64,000 nucleotides of DNA from Amphiscolops sp. MND2022 (Eukaryota). The translations under genes and the position numbers were made by a program. The stretch covers positions 47,492,001 to 47,556,000 of the forward strand of contig OZ076415.1 in NCBI GenBank assembly GCA_964187785.1, in the 5' to 3' direction. Position 1 is the first letter of the stretch. Every line of letters starts with the position of its first letter. This document shows, piece by piece, positions 28,287 through 41,379 of this stretch. The notes below the pieces were generated by a model. That model was not told the origin of the DNA. It made no database searches and worked only from the letters and a program-made list of their open reading frames with translations.

Positions 28287-31200
28287 ACTAATATTTGACT
28301 GAAATTCAAAAGGAAAACGGCTTCTAGAGCCATGAAGTTTCACAAAGGCCAGTCAAAACGAAGACAAGTCGAAAAGTGGCCAGGCGTAATAATGATTTAT
28401 CGAATGGATTTCAGATATTGAGAACATCATTTTTCAGACCCGTCTTGAAGACATCACAATGATAGTTGACTGAAAATTTAATGGAAACAGGCTACAAGAA
28501 TCAACACACTTCACAAAAACAGTCACACAGAAAACGAACGTTTCTAGATGAAAGGCAGACAGCAAAAAATGAAGTCGAATCAAATTCAGATACTGATGAC
28601 ATCATTGTTCAGATCCGTCTTGAAACACACATCACACAAAAATTTGACTGAAATTCAGAAGGAAAACAGTTTCTAGAGCCATTAAAGATCACAAAGGCCA
28701 GTGAAAACGAAGACGATTGGAAAAGTGGGCAGGCGCACTAATGATTTATCGAATGGAATTCAGATATTGAGAGCATCATTGTTCAGACCCGTCTCGAAGA
28801 CATCCCATTGACAGTTGACTGAAATTTTATTGGAAACAGGCTACTAGAATCAACACAGTTCACAAAAGCAGTCAAACAGAAAACGAAGGTTTCTAGAGAA
28901 AAGGCAGACAGTAAAAAAATGAAAACTCGAATCAAATTCAGATACTGATGACATCATTGTTCAGACCCGTCTTGAAACACATCACACTAATATTTGACTG
29001 AAATTCAAAAGGAAAACGGCTTCTAGAGCCATGAAGTTTCACAAAGGCCAGTCAAAACGAAGACAAGTCGAAAAGTGGCCAGGCGTAATAATGATTTATC
29101 GAATGGATTTCAGATATTGAGAACATCATTTTTCAGACCCGTCTTGAAGACATCACAATGATAGTTGACTGAAAATTTAATGGAAACAGGCTACAAGAAT
29201 CAACACACTTCACAAAAACAGTCACACAGAAAACGAACGTTTCTAGATGAAAGGCAGACAGCAAAAAATGAAGTCGAATCAAATTCAGATACTGATGACA
29301 TCATTGTTCAGATCCGTCTTGAAACACACATCACACAAAAATTTGACTGAAATTCAGAAGGAAAACGGTTTCTAGAGCCATTAAAGATCACAAAGGCCAG
29401 TGAAAACGAAGACGATTGGAAAAGTGGGCAGGCGCACTAATGATTTATCGAATGGAATTCAGATATTGAGAGCATCATTGTTCAGACCCGTCTCGAAGAC
29501 ATCCCATTGACAGTTGACTGAAATTTTATTGGAAACAGGCTACTAGAATCAACACAGTTCACAAAAGCAGTCAAACAGAAAACGAAGGTTTCTAGAGAAA
29601 AGGCAGACAGTAAAAAAATGAAAACTCGAATCAAATTCAGATACTGATGACATCATTGTTCAGACCCGTCTTGAAACACACATCACACTAATATTTGACT
29701 GAAATTCAAAAGGAAAACGGCTTCTAGAGCCATGAAGTTTCACAAAGGCCAGTCAAAACGAAGACAAGTCGAAAAGTGGCCAGGCGTAATAATGATTTAT
29801 CGAATGGATTTCAGATATTGAGAACATCATTTTTCAGACCCGTCTTGAAGACATCACAATGATAGTTGACTGAAAATTTAATGGAAACAGGCTACAAGAA
29901 TCAACACACTTCACAAAAACAGTCACACAGAAAACGAACGTTTCTAGATGAAAGGCAGACAGCAAAAAATGAAGTCGAATCAAATTCAGATACTGATGAC
30001 ATCATTGTTCAGATCCGTCTTGAAACACACATCACACAAAAATTTGACTGAAATTCAGAAGGAAAACGGTTTCTAGAGCCATTAAAGATCACAAAGGCCA
30101 GTGAAAACGAAGACGATTGGATAAGTGGGCAGGCGCACTAATGATTTATCGAATGGAATTCAGATATTGAGAGCATCATTGTTCAGACCCGTCTCGAAGA
30201 CATCCCATTGACAGTTGACTGAAATTTTATTGGAAACAGGCTACTAGAATCAACACAGTTCACAAAAGCAGTCAAACAGAAAACGAAGGTTTCTAGAGAA
30301 AAGGCAGACAGTAAAAAAATGAAAACTCGAATCAAATTAGACACTGATGACATCATTGTTCAGACCCGTCTTGAAACACACATCACACTAATATTTGACT
30401 GAAATTCAAAAGGAAAACGGCTTCTAGAGCCATGAAGTTTCACAAAGGCCAGTCAAAACGAAGACAAGTCGAAAAGTGGCCAGGCGTAATAATGATTTAT
30501 CGAATGGATTTCAGATATTGAGAACATCATTTTTCAGACCTGTCTTGAAGACATCACAATGATAGTTGACTGAAAATTTAATGGAAACAGGCTACAAGAA
30601 TCAACACACTTCACAAAAACAGTCACACAGGCAACGAACGTTTCTAGATGAAAGGCAGACAGCAAAAAATGAAGTCGAATCAAATTCAGATACTGATGAC
30701 ATCATTGTTCAGATCCGTCTTGAAACACACATCACACAAAAATTTGACTGAAATTCAGAAGGAAAACGGTTTCTAGAGCCATTAAAGATCACAAAGGCCA
30801 GTGAAAACGAAGACGATTGGAAAAGTGGACAGGCGCACTAATGATTTATCGAATGGAATTCAGATATTGAGAGCATCATTGTTCAGACCCGTCTCGAAGA
30901 CATCCCATTGACAGTTGACTGAAATTTTATTGGAAACAGGCTACTAGAATCAACACAGTTCACAAAAGCAGTCAAACAGAAAACGAAGGTTTCTAGAGAA
31001 AAGGCAGACAGTAAAAAAATGAAAACTCGAATCAAATTAGACACTGATGACATCATTGTTCAGACCCGTCTTGAAACACACATCACACTAATATTTGACT
31101 GAAATTCAAAAGGAAAACGGCTTCTAGAGCCATGAAGTTTCACAAAGGCCAGTCAAAACGAAGACAAGTCGAAAAGTGGCCAGGCGTAATAATGATTTAT

Positions 31201-31750
31201 CGAATGGATTTCAGATATTGAGAACATCATTTTTCAGACCCGTCTTGAAGACATCACAATGATAGTTGACTGAAAATTTAATGGAAACAGGCTACAAGAA
31301 TCAACACACTTCACAAAAACAGTCACACAGAAAACGAACGTTTCTAGATGAAAGGCAGACAGCAAAAAATGAAATCGAATCAAATTCAGATACTGATGAC
31401 ATCATTGTTCAGATCCGTCTTGAAACACACATCACACAAAAATTTGACTGAAATTCAGAAGGAAAACGGTTTCTAGAGCCATTAAAGATCACAAAGGCCA
31501 GTGAAAACGAAGACGATTGGAAAAGTGGGCAGGCGCACTAATGATTTATCGAATGGAATTCAGATATTGAGAGCATCATTGTTCAGACCCGTCTCGAAGA
31601 CATCCCATTGACAGCTGACTGAAATTTTATTGGAAACAGGCTACTAGAATCAACACAGTTCACAAAAGCAGTCAAACATAAAACGAAGGTTTCTAGAGAA
31701 AAGGCAGACAGTAAAAAAATGAAAACTCGAATCAAATTAGACACTGATGA
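28240..31750. repeat. ~700-bp higher-order repeat (4 monomers), five copies
   Basis: Junk ORFs at 28466, 29165, 29866, 30566 and 31266. Shared diagnostic variants include gtctcgaagacatcccattg and atcatttttcagac. Confidence 0.95.
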
Positions 31751-34700
31751 CATCATTGCTCAGATCCGTCTTGAAACACACATCACACTAATATTTGACT
31801 GAAATTCAAAAGGAAAACGGCTTCTAGAGCCATGAAGTTTCACGAAGGCCAGTTAAAAGGAAGATAATTTGAAAAGTGGCCAGGTGCAATAATGATTTAT
31901 CGACTGGAATTCAGATATTGATAGCATCATTGTTCAGACCCGTCTTAAAGACATCACAATGATAGCTGACTGAAATTTTAATGGAAACAGGCTACAAGAA
32001 TCAACACAGTTCACAAAAGCAGTGAAACAGAAAACGAACGTTTCTAGATAAAAGGCAGACAGCAAAAAATGAAGTCGAATCAAATTCAGATACTGATGAC
32101 ATCATTGTTCAGACCCGTCTTGAAGACATCACAATGATAGTTGACTGAAATTCAAAAAGAAAACGGCTTCTAGAGCCATGAAGGTTCACAAAGGCCAGTC
32201 AAAACGAAGACAAGTCGAAAAGTGGCCAGGCGTAATAATGATTTATCGAATGGATTTCAAATATTGAGAACATCATGGTTCAGACCCGTCTTGAAGACAT
32301 CACAATGATAGTTGACTGAAAATTTAATGGAAACAGGCTACTAAAATCAACACAGTTCACAAAAACAGTCACACAGAAAACGAACGTTTCTAGATGAAAG
32401 GCAGACAGCAAAAAATGAAGTCGAATCAAATTCAGATACTGATGACATCATTGTTCAGATCCGTCTTGAAACACACATCACACTATCACACTAATATTTG
32501 ACTGAAATTCAAAAGGAAAACGGCTTCTAGAGCCATGAAGTTTCACGAAGGCCAGTTAAAAGGAAGATAATTTGAAAAGTGGCCAGGTGCAATAATGATT
32601 TATCGACTGGAATTCAGATATTGATAGCATCATTGTTCAGACCCGTCTTAAAGACATCACAATGATAGCTGACTGAAATTTTAATGGAAACAGGCTACAA
32701 GAATCAACACAGTTCACAAAAGCAGTGAAACAGAAAACGAACGTTTCTAGATAAAAGGCAGACAGCAAAAAATGAAGTCGAATCAAATTCAGATACTGAT
32801 GACATCATTGTTCAGACCCGTCTTGAAGACATCACAATGATAGTTGACTGAAATTTTAATGGAAAGAGGCTACTAGAATCAACACAGTTCACAGAAGCAG
32901 TAAAACCAAAAACGAACGACATTAAAGAAATAGCAGAGAGAAAAAAGTGAAGTTGAATCAAATTCAGACACTGATGACATCATTGTTCAGATCCGCCTTG
33001 AAACACACATCACACTAATATTTGACAGTGGGCAGGCGCACTAATGATTTATCGAATGGAATTCAGATATTGAGAGCATCATTGTTCAGACCCGTCTCGA
33101 AGACATCCCATTGACAGTTGACTGAAATTTTATTGGAAACAGGCTACTAGAATCAACACAGTTCACAAAAGCAGTCAAACAGAAAACGAAGGTTTCTAGA
33201 GAAAAGGCAGACAGTAAAAAAATGAAAACTCGAATCAAATTAGACACTGATGACATCATTGCTCAGATCCGTCTTGAAACACACATCACACTAATATTTG
33301 ACTGAAATTCAAAAGGAAAAAGACTTCTGGAGCCATGAAGGTTCACAAAGGTCAGTGAAAACGAAGACGATTCGAAAAGTGGCCAGGTGCAATAATGATT
33401 TATCGACTGGAATTCAGATATTGATAGCATCATTGTTGAGACCCGTCTTGAAGACATCACATTGATAGTTGACTGAAAATTTAATGGAAACAGGCTACTA
33501 AAATCAACACAGTTCACAAAAACAGTCACACAGAAAACGAACGTTTCTAGATGAAAGGCAGACAGCAAAAAATGAAGTCGAATCAAATTCAGATACTGAT
33601 GACATCATTGTTCAGATCCGTCTTGAAACACACATCACTATCACACTAATATTTGACTGAAATTCAAAAGGAAAACGGCTTCTAGAGCCATGAAGTTTCA
33701 CGAAGGCCAGTTAAAAGGAAGATAATTTGAAAAGTGGCCAGGTGCAATAATGATTTATCGACTGGAATTCAGATATTGATAGCATCATTGTTCAGACCCG
33801 TCTTAAAGACATCACAATGATAGCTGACTGAAATTTTAATGGAAACAGGCTACAAGAATCAACACAGTTCACAAAAGCAGTGAAACAGAAAACGAACGTT
33901 TCTAGATAAAAGGCAGACAGCAAAAAATGAAGTCGAATCAAATTCAGATACTGATGACATCATTGTTCAGACCCGTCTTGAAGACATCACATAGATAGTT
34001 GACTGAAATTTTAATGGAAAGAGGCTACTAGAATCAACACAGTTCACAGAAGCAGTAAAACCAAAAACGAACGACATTAAAGAAATAGCAGAGAGAAAAA
34101 AGTGAAGTTGAATCAAATTCAGACACTGATGACATCATTGTTCAGATCCGCCTTGAAACACACATCACACTAATATTTGACAGTGGGCAGGCGCACTAAT
34201 GATTTATCGAATGGAATTCAGATATTGAGAGCATCATTGTTCAGACCCGTCTCGAAGACATCCCATTGACAGTTGACTGAAATTTTATTGGAAACAGGCT
34301 ACTAGAATCAACACAGTTCACAAAAGCAGTCAAACAGAAAACGAAGGTTTCTAGAGAAAAGGCAGACAGTAAAAAAATGAAAACTCGAATCAAATTAGAC
34401 ACTGATGACATCATTGCTCAGATCCGTCTTGAAACACACATCACACTAATATTTGACTGAAATTCAAAAGGAAAAAGGCTTCTGGAGCCATGAAGGTTCA
34501 CAAAGGTCAGTGAAAACGAAGACGATTCGAAAAGTGGCCAGGTGCAATAATGATTTATCGACTGGAATTCAGATATTGATAGCATCATTGTTGAGACCCG
34601 TCTTGAAGACATCACATTGATAGTTGACTGAAATCTCAACCGAAACAGGCTACTAGAATCAAAACAGTTCACAAAGGCAGTCAGAGAAAACGAACGTTTC

Positions 34701-37700
34701 TTGATAAAAGGCAGACAGCAAAAAATGAAGTCGGATCAAAATCAGATACTGATGACATCATTGTTCAGATCCGTCCTGAAACACACATCAAATATTTGAC
34801 TGAAATTCAAAAGGAAAACGGCTTCTAGAGCCATGAAGTTTCAAAGGCCAGACAAAACGAAGACAAGTCGAAAAGTGGCCAGGCGTAATAATGATTTATC
34901 GAATGGATTTCAGATATTGAGAACATCATTGTTCAGACCCGTCTTGAAGACATCACAATGATAGTTGACTGAAAATTTAATGGAAACAGGCTACTAGAAT
35001 CAACACAGTTCACAAAAACAGTCACACAGAAAACGAACGTTTCTAGATAAAAGGCAGACAGCAAAAAATGAAGTCGAATCAAATTCAGATACTGATGACA
35101 TCATTGTTCAGATCCGTCTTGAAACACACATCACACTAATATTTGACTAAAATTCAAAAGGAAAACGGCTTCTAGAGCCATGAAGGTTCACAAAGGTCAG
35201 TGAAAACGAAGACGATTCGAAAAGTGGCCAGGTGCAATAATGATTTATCGACTGGAATTCAGATATTGATAGCATCATTGTTGAGACCCGTCTTGAAGAC
35301 ATCAAATTGATAGTTGACTGAAATCTCAACCGAAACAGGCTACTAGAATCAACACAGTTCACAAAAGCAGTCACAGAGAAAACGAACGTTTCTAGATAAA
35401 AGGCAGACAGCAAAAAATAGGTCGGATCAAAATCAGATACTGATGACATCATTGTTCAGATCCGTCCTGAAACACACATCAAATATTTGACTGAAATTCA
35501 AAAGGAAAACGGCTTCTAGAGCCATGAAGTTTCAAAGGCCAGACAAAACGAAGACAAGTCGAAAAGTGGCCAGGCGTAATAATGATTTATCGAATGGATT
35601 TCAGATATTGAGAACATCATTGTTCAGACCCGTCTTGAAGACATCACAATGATAGTTGACTGAAAATTTAATGGAAACAGGCTACTAGAATCAACACAGT
35701 TCACAAAAACAGTCACACAGAAAACGAACGTTTCTAGATAAAAGGCAGACAGCAAAAAATGAAGTCGAATCAAATTCAGATACTGATGACATCATTGTTC
35801 AGATCCGTCTTGAAACACACATCACACTAATATTTGACTAAAATTCAAAAGGAAAACGGCTTCTAGAGCCATGAAGGTTCACAAAGGTCAGTGAAAACGA
35901 AGACGATTCGAAAAGTGGCCAGGTGCAATAATGATTTATCGACTGGAATTCAGATATTGATAGCATCATTGTTGAGACCCGTCTTGAAGACAACAAATTG
36001 ATAGTTGACTGAAATCTCAACCGAAACAGGCTACTAGAATCAACACAGTTCACAAAAGCAGTCACAGAGAAAACGAACGTTTCTAGATAAAAGGCAGACA
36101 GCAAAAAATAGGTCGGATCAAAATCAGATACTGATGACATCATTGTTCAGATCCGTCTTGAAACACACATCAAATATTTGACTGAAATTCAGAAAGAAAA
36201 CGGCTTCTAGAGCCATGAAGGTTCACGAAGGCCAGTTAAAAGGAAGACAAGTCGAAAAGTGGCCAGGCGTAATAATGATTTATCGAATGGATTTCAGATA
36301 TAGAGAACATCATTGTTCAAACCCGTCTTGAAGACATCACAATGATAGTTGACTGAAAATTTAATGGAAACAGGCTACTTGAATCAACACAGTTCACAAA
36401 AACAGTCACACAGAAAACGAACGTTTCTAGATAAATGGCAGACAGCAAAAAATGAAGTCGAATCAAATTCAGATACTGATGACATCATTGTTCAGGTCCG
36501 TCTTGAAACACACATCACACTAACATTTGACTGAAATACAAAAAAACGGCTTCTAGAGCCATGAAGGTTCACAAAGGTCAGTGAAAACGAAGACGATTCG
36601 AAAAGTGGCCAGGTGCAAGAATGATTTATCGACTGGAATTCAGATATTGATAGCATCATTGTTGAGACCCGTCTTGAAGACATCACATTGATAGTTGACT
36701 GAAATCTGAACCGAAACAGGCTACTAGAATCAACACAGTTCACAAAAGCAGTCACAGAGAAAACGAACGTTTCTAGATAAAATGCAGACAGCAAAAAAAA
36801 TAAGTCGAATCAAAATCAGATACTGATGACATCATCGTTCAGATCCGTCTTGAAACACACATCACACTAACATTTGACTGCAATTCGAAAGGAAAACAGC
36901 TTCTAGAGCCATGAAAGTTCACAAAGTCCAGTGAAAACGAAGACGATTCAAAAAGTAGTCAGGTGCAATAATGATTTATCGACTGGAATTCAGATATTGA
37001 TAGCATCATTGTTCAGACCCGCCTTGAAGATATCACAATGATAGTTGACTGAAATTTTAATGGAAACAGGCTACTAAAATCAACACAGTTCACAAAAGCA
37101 GTCACACAGAAAACGAACGTTTCTAGATAAAAGGCAGACAGCAAAAAATGAAGTCGAATCAAATTCAGATACTGATGACATCATTGTTCAGATCCGTCTT
37201 GAAACACACATCACACTAATATTTGACTGAAATTCAAAAGGAAAACGGCTTTTAGAGCCATTAAAGTTCACAAAGGTCAGTGAAAACGAAGACGATTCGA
37301 AAAGTGGCCAGGTGCAATAATGATTTATCGACTGGAATTCAGATATTGATAGCATCATTGTTGAGACCCGTCTTAAAGACATCACAATGATAGTTGACTG
37401 AAATTTTAATGGAAACAGGCTACTAGAACCATCAGGGTTCACAAAAGCAGTCAAACAGAAAACGAAGGTTTCTAGATAAAAGGCAGACAGCAAAAAACGA
37501 AGTCGAATCAAAATCAGATACTGATGACTTCATCGTTCAGATCCGTCTTGAAACACACATCAACTATTTGACTGAAATTCAGAAAGAAAACGGCTTCTAG
37601 AGCCATGAAAGTTCACAAAGTCCAGTGAAAACGAAGACGATTCGAAAAGTGGCCAGGTGCAATAATGATTTATCGACTGGAATTCAGATATTGATAGCAT

Positions 37701-40700
37701 CATTGTTCAGACCCGTCTTGAAGACATCACAATGATGGTTGACTGAAATTTTAATGGAAACAGGCTACTAAAATCAACCAGTTCCCAAAACAGTCACACA
37801 GAAAACGAACGCTTCTAGATAAAAAGCAGACAGCAAAAAATGAAGTCGAATCAAATTCAGATACTGATGACATCATTGTTCAGATCCGTCTTGAAACACA
37901 CATCACACTAATATTTGACTGAAATTCAAAAGGAAAACGGCTTCTAAAGCCATTAAAGTTCACAAAGGTCAGTGAAAACGAAGACGATTCGAAAAGTGGC
38001 CAGGTGCAATAATGATTTATCGACTCGAATTCAGATATTGATAGCATCATTGTTGAGACCCGTCTTAAAGACATCACAATGATAGTTGACTGAAATTTTA
38101 ATGGAAACAGGCTACTAGAACCATCAGGTTTCACAAAAGCAGTCAAACAGAAAACGAAGGTTTCTAGATAAAAGGCAGACAGCAAAAAATGAAGTCGAAT
38201 CAAAATCAGATACTGATGACTTCATCGTTCAGATCCGTCTTGAAACACACATCAAATATTTGACTGAAATTCAGAAGAAAAACGGGTTCTAGAGCCATGA
38301 AGGTTTACAAAGTCCAGTGAAAACGAAGACAATTTGAAAAGTGGCCAGGCGCAATAATGATTTATCGAATGGAATTCAGATATTAATAGCATCAATGTTC
38401 AGACCCGTCTTGAAGACATCACAATGATAGTTGACTGAAATTTTAATGGAAACAGGCTACTAAAATCAACACAGTTCACAAAAGCAGTCACACAGAAAAC
38501 GAACGTTTCTAGATAAAAGACAGACAGCAAAAAATGAAGTCGAATCAAATTCAGATACTGATGACATCATTGTTCAGATCCGTCTTGAAACACACATCAC
38601 ACTAATATTTGACTGAAATTCAAAAGGAAAACGGCTTCTAGAGCCATTAAAGTTCACAAAGGTCAATGAAAACGAAGACGATTCGAAAAGTGGCCAGGTG
38701 CAATAATGATTTACCGACTGGAATTCAGATATTGATAGCATCATCGTTGAGACCCGTCTTCAAGACATCACAATGATAGTTGACTGAAATTTTAATGGAA
38801 ACAGGCTACTAGAACCATCAGGGTTCACAAAAGCAGTCAAACAGAAAACGAACGTTTCTAGATAAAAGGCAGACAGCAAAAAATGAAGTCGAATCAAAAT
38901 CAGATATTGATGACTTCATCGTTCAGATCCGTCTTGAAACACACATCAACTATTTGACTGAAATTCAGAAAGAAAACGCCTTCTAGAGCCATGAAGGTTC
39001 ACGAAGGCCAGTTAAAAGGAAGATAATTTGAAAAGTGGCCAGGTGCAATAATGATTTATCGACTGGAATTCAGATATTGATAGCATCAGTGTTCAGACCC
39101 GTCTTGAAGACATCACATTGATTGTTGACTGAAATCTCAATGGAAACAGGCTACTAGAATCAGCACAGTTCACAAAAGCAGTCACACAGAAAACGAAATG
39201 CTAGATAAAATGCAGACAGCAAAAAAATAAGTCGAATCAAAATCAGATACTGATGACATCATCGTTCAGATCCGTCTTGAAAAACACATCACACTAACAT
39301 TTGACTGCAATTCGAAAGGAAAACAGCTTCTAGAGCCATGAAAGTTCACAAAGTCCAGTGAAAACGAAGACGATTCGAAAAGTAGTCAGGTGCAATAATG
39401 ATTTATCGACTGGAATTCAGATATTGATAGCATCATTGTTCAGACCCGCCTTGAAGACATCACAATGATAGTTGACTGAAATTTTAATGGAAACAGGCTA
39501 CTAAAATCAACACAGTTCACAAAAGCAGTCACACAGAAAACGAACGTTTCTAGATAAAAGGCAGACAGCAAAAAGTCGAATCAAATTCAGATACTGATGA
39601 CATCATTGTTCAGATCCGTCTTGAAACACACATCACACTAATATTTGACTGACATTCAAAAGGAAAACGGCTTCTAGAGCCATTAAAGTTCACAAAGGTC
39701 AGTGAAAACGAAGACGATTCGAAAAGTGGCCAGGTGCAATAATGATTTATCGACTGGAATTCAGATATTGATAGCATCATTGTTGAGACCCGTCTTAATG
39801 ACATCACAATGATAGTTGACTGAAATTTTAATGGAAACAGGCTACTAGAACCATCAGGGTTCACAAAAGCAGTCAAACAGAAAACGAAGGTTTCTAGATA
39901 AAAGGCAGACAGCAAAAAATGAAGTCGAATCAAAATCAGATACTGATGACTTCATCGTTCAGATCCGTCTTGAAACACACATCAACTATTTGACTGAAAA
40001 TCAGAAAGAAAACGGCTTCTAGAGCCATGAAAGTTCACAAAGTCCAGTGAAAACGAAGACGATTCGAAAAGTGGCCAGGTGCAATAATGATTTATCGACT
40101 GGAATTCAGATATTGATAGCATCATTGTTCAGACCCGTCTTGAAGACATCACAATGATGGTTGACTGAAATTTTAATGGAAACAGGCTACTAAAATCAAC
40201 ACAGTTCACAAAAGCAGTCACACAGAAAACGAACGTTTCTAGATAAAAGGCAGACAGCAAAAAATGAAGTCGAATCAAATTCAGATTTTCATGACATCAT
40301 TGTTCAGATCCGTCTTGAAACACACATCACACTATTATTTGACTGAAATTCAAAAGGAAAACGGCTTCTAGAGCCATTAAAGTTCGCAAAGGTCAGTGAA
40401 AACGAAGACGATTCGAAAAGTGGCCAGGTGCAATAATGATTTATCGACTGGAATTCAGATATTGATAGCATCATTGTTGAGACCCGTCTTAAAGCTATCA
40501 CAATGATAGTTGACTGAAATTTTAATGGAAACAGGCTACTAGAACCATCAGGTTTCACAAAAGCAGCCAAACAGAAAACGAAGGTTTCTAGATAAAAGGC
40601 AGACAGCAAAAAATGAAGTCGAATCAAAATCAGATACTGATGACTTCATCGTTCAGATCCGTCTTGAAACACACATCAACTATTTGACTGAAATTCAGAA

Positions 40701-41315
40701 AGAAAACGGCTTCTAGAGCCATGAAGGTTCACGAAGGCCAGTTAAAAGGAAGATAATTTGAAAAACGGCCAGGTGCAATAATGATTTATCGACTGGAATT
40801 CAGATATTGATAGCATCAGTGTTCAGACCCGTCTTGAAGACATCACAATGATAGTTGACTGAAATTTTAATGGAAACAGGCTACTAGAATCAACACAGTT
40901 CACAAAAGCAGTCAACCAAAAAACGAACGACATTAAAGAAAAAACACAGAGCAAAAAGTGAAAAGTTGAATCAAATTCAGATACTAATGACATCATTGTT
41001 CAGATCCGTCTTGAAACACACATCAAATATTCGACTGAAATTCAGAAGGAAAACGGGTTCTAGAGCCATGAAGGTTTACAAAGTCCAGTGAAAACGAAGA
41101 CAAATTGAAAAGTGGCCAGGCGCAATAATGATTTATCGAATGGAATTCAGATATTAATAGCATCATTGTTCAGACCCGTCTTGAAGACATCACAATGATA
41201 GTTGACTGAAATTTTAATGGAAACAGTCTACTAGAATCAACACAGTTCACAAGAAGTTAATCCAAAAACGAACGACATTAAAGAAAAAGCAGAGAGCAAA
41301 AAGTGAAAAGTTGAA

Positions 41316-41379
41316 TCAAATTCAGATACTGATGACATCATTGTTCAGATCCGTCTTGAAACACACATCAAATATTTGA
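41316..41379 (-). ncRNA. Example B-type core with canonical kink-turn geometry (64 nt)
   Basis: Minus strand: TCAAAT-ATT-TGATGT-GTGTTTCAAGACGGAT-CTGA-ACA-ATGATGT-CATCAGTAT-CTGA-ATTTGA. This gives a 6-bp terminal stem (TCAAAT/ATTTGA), a 3-nt bulge, and boxes C, D', C' and D. Confidence 0.6.
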
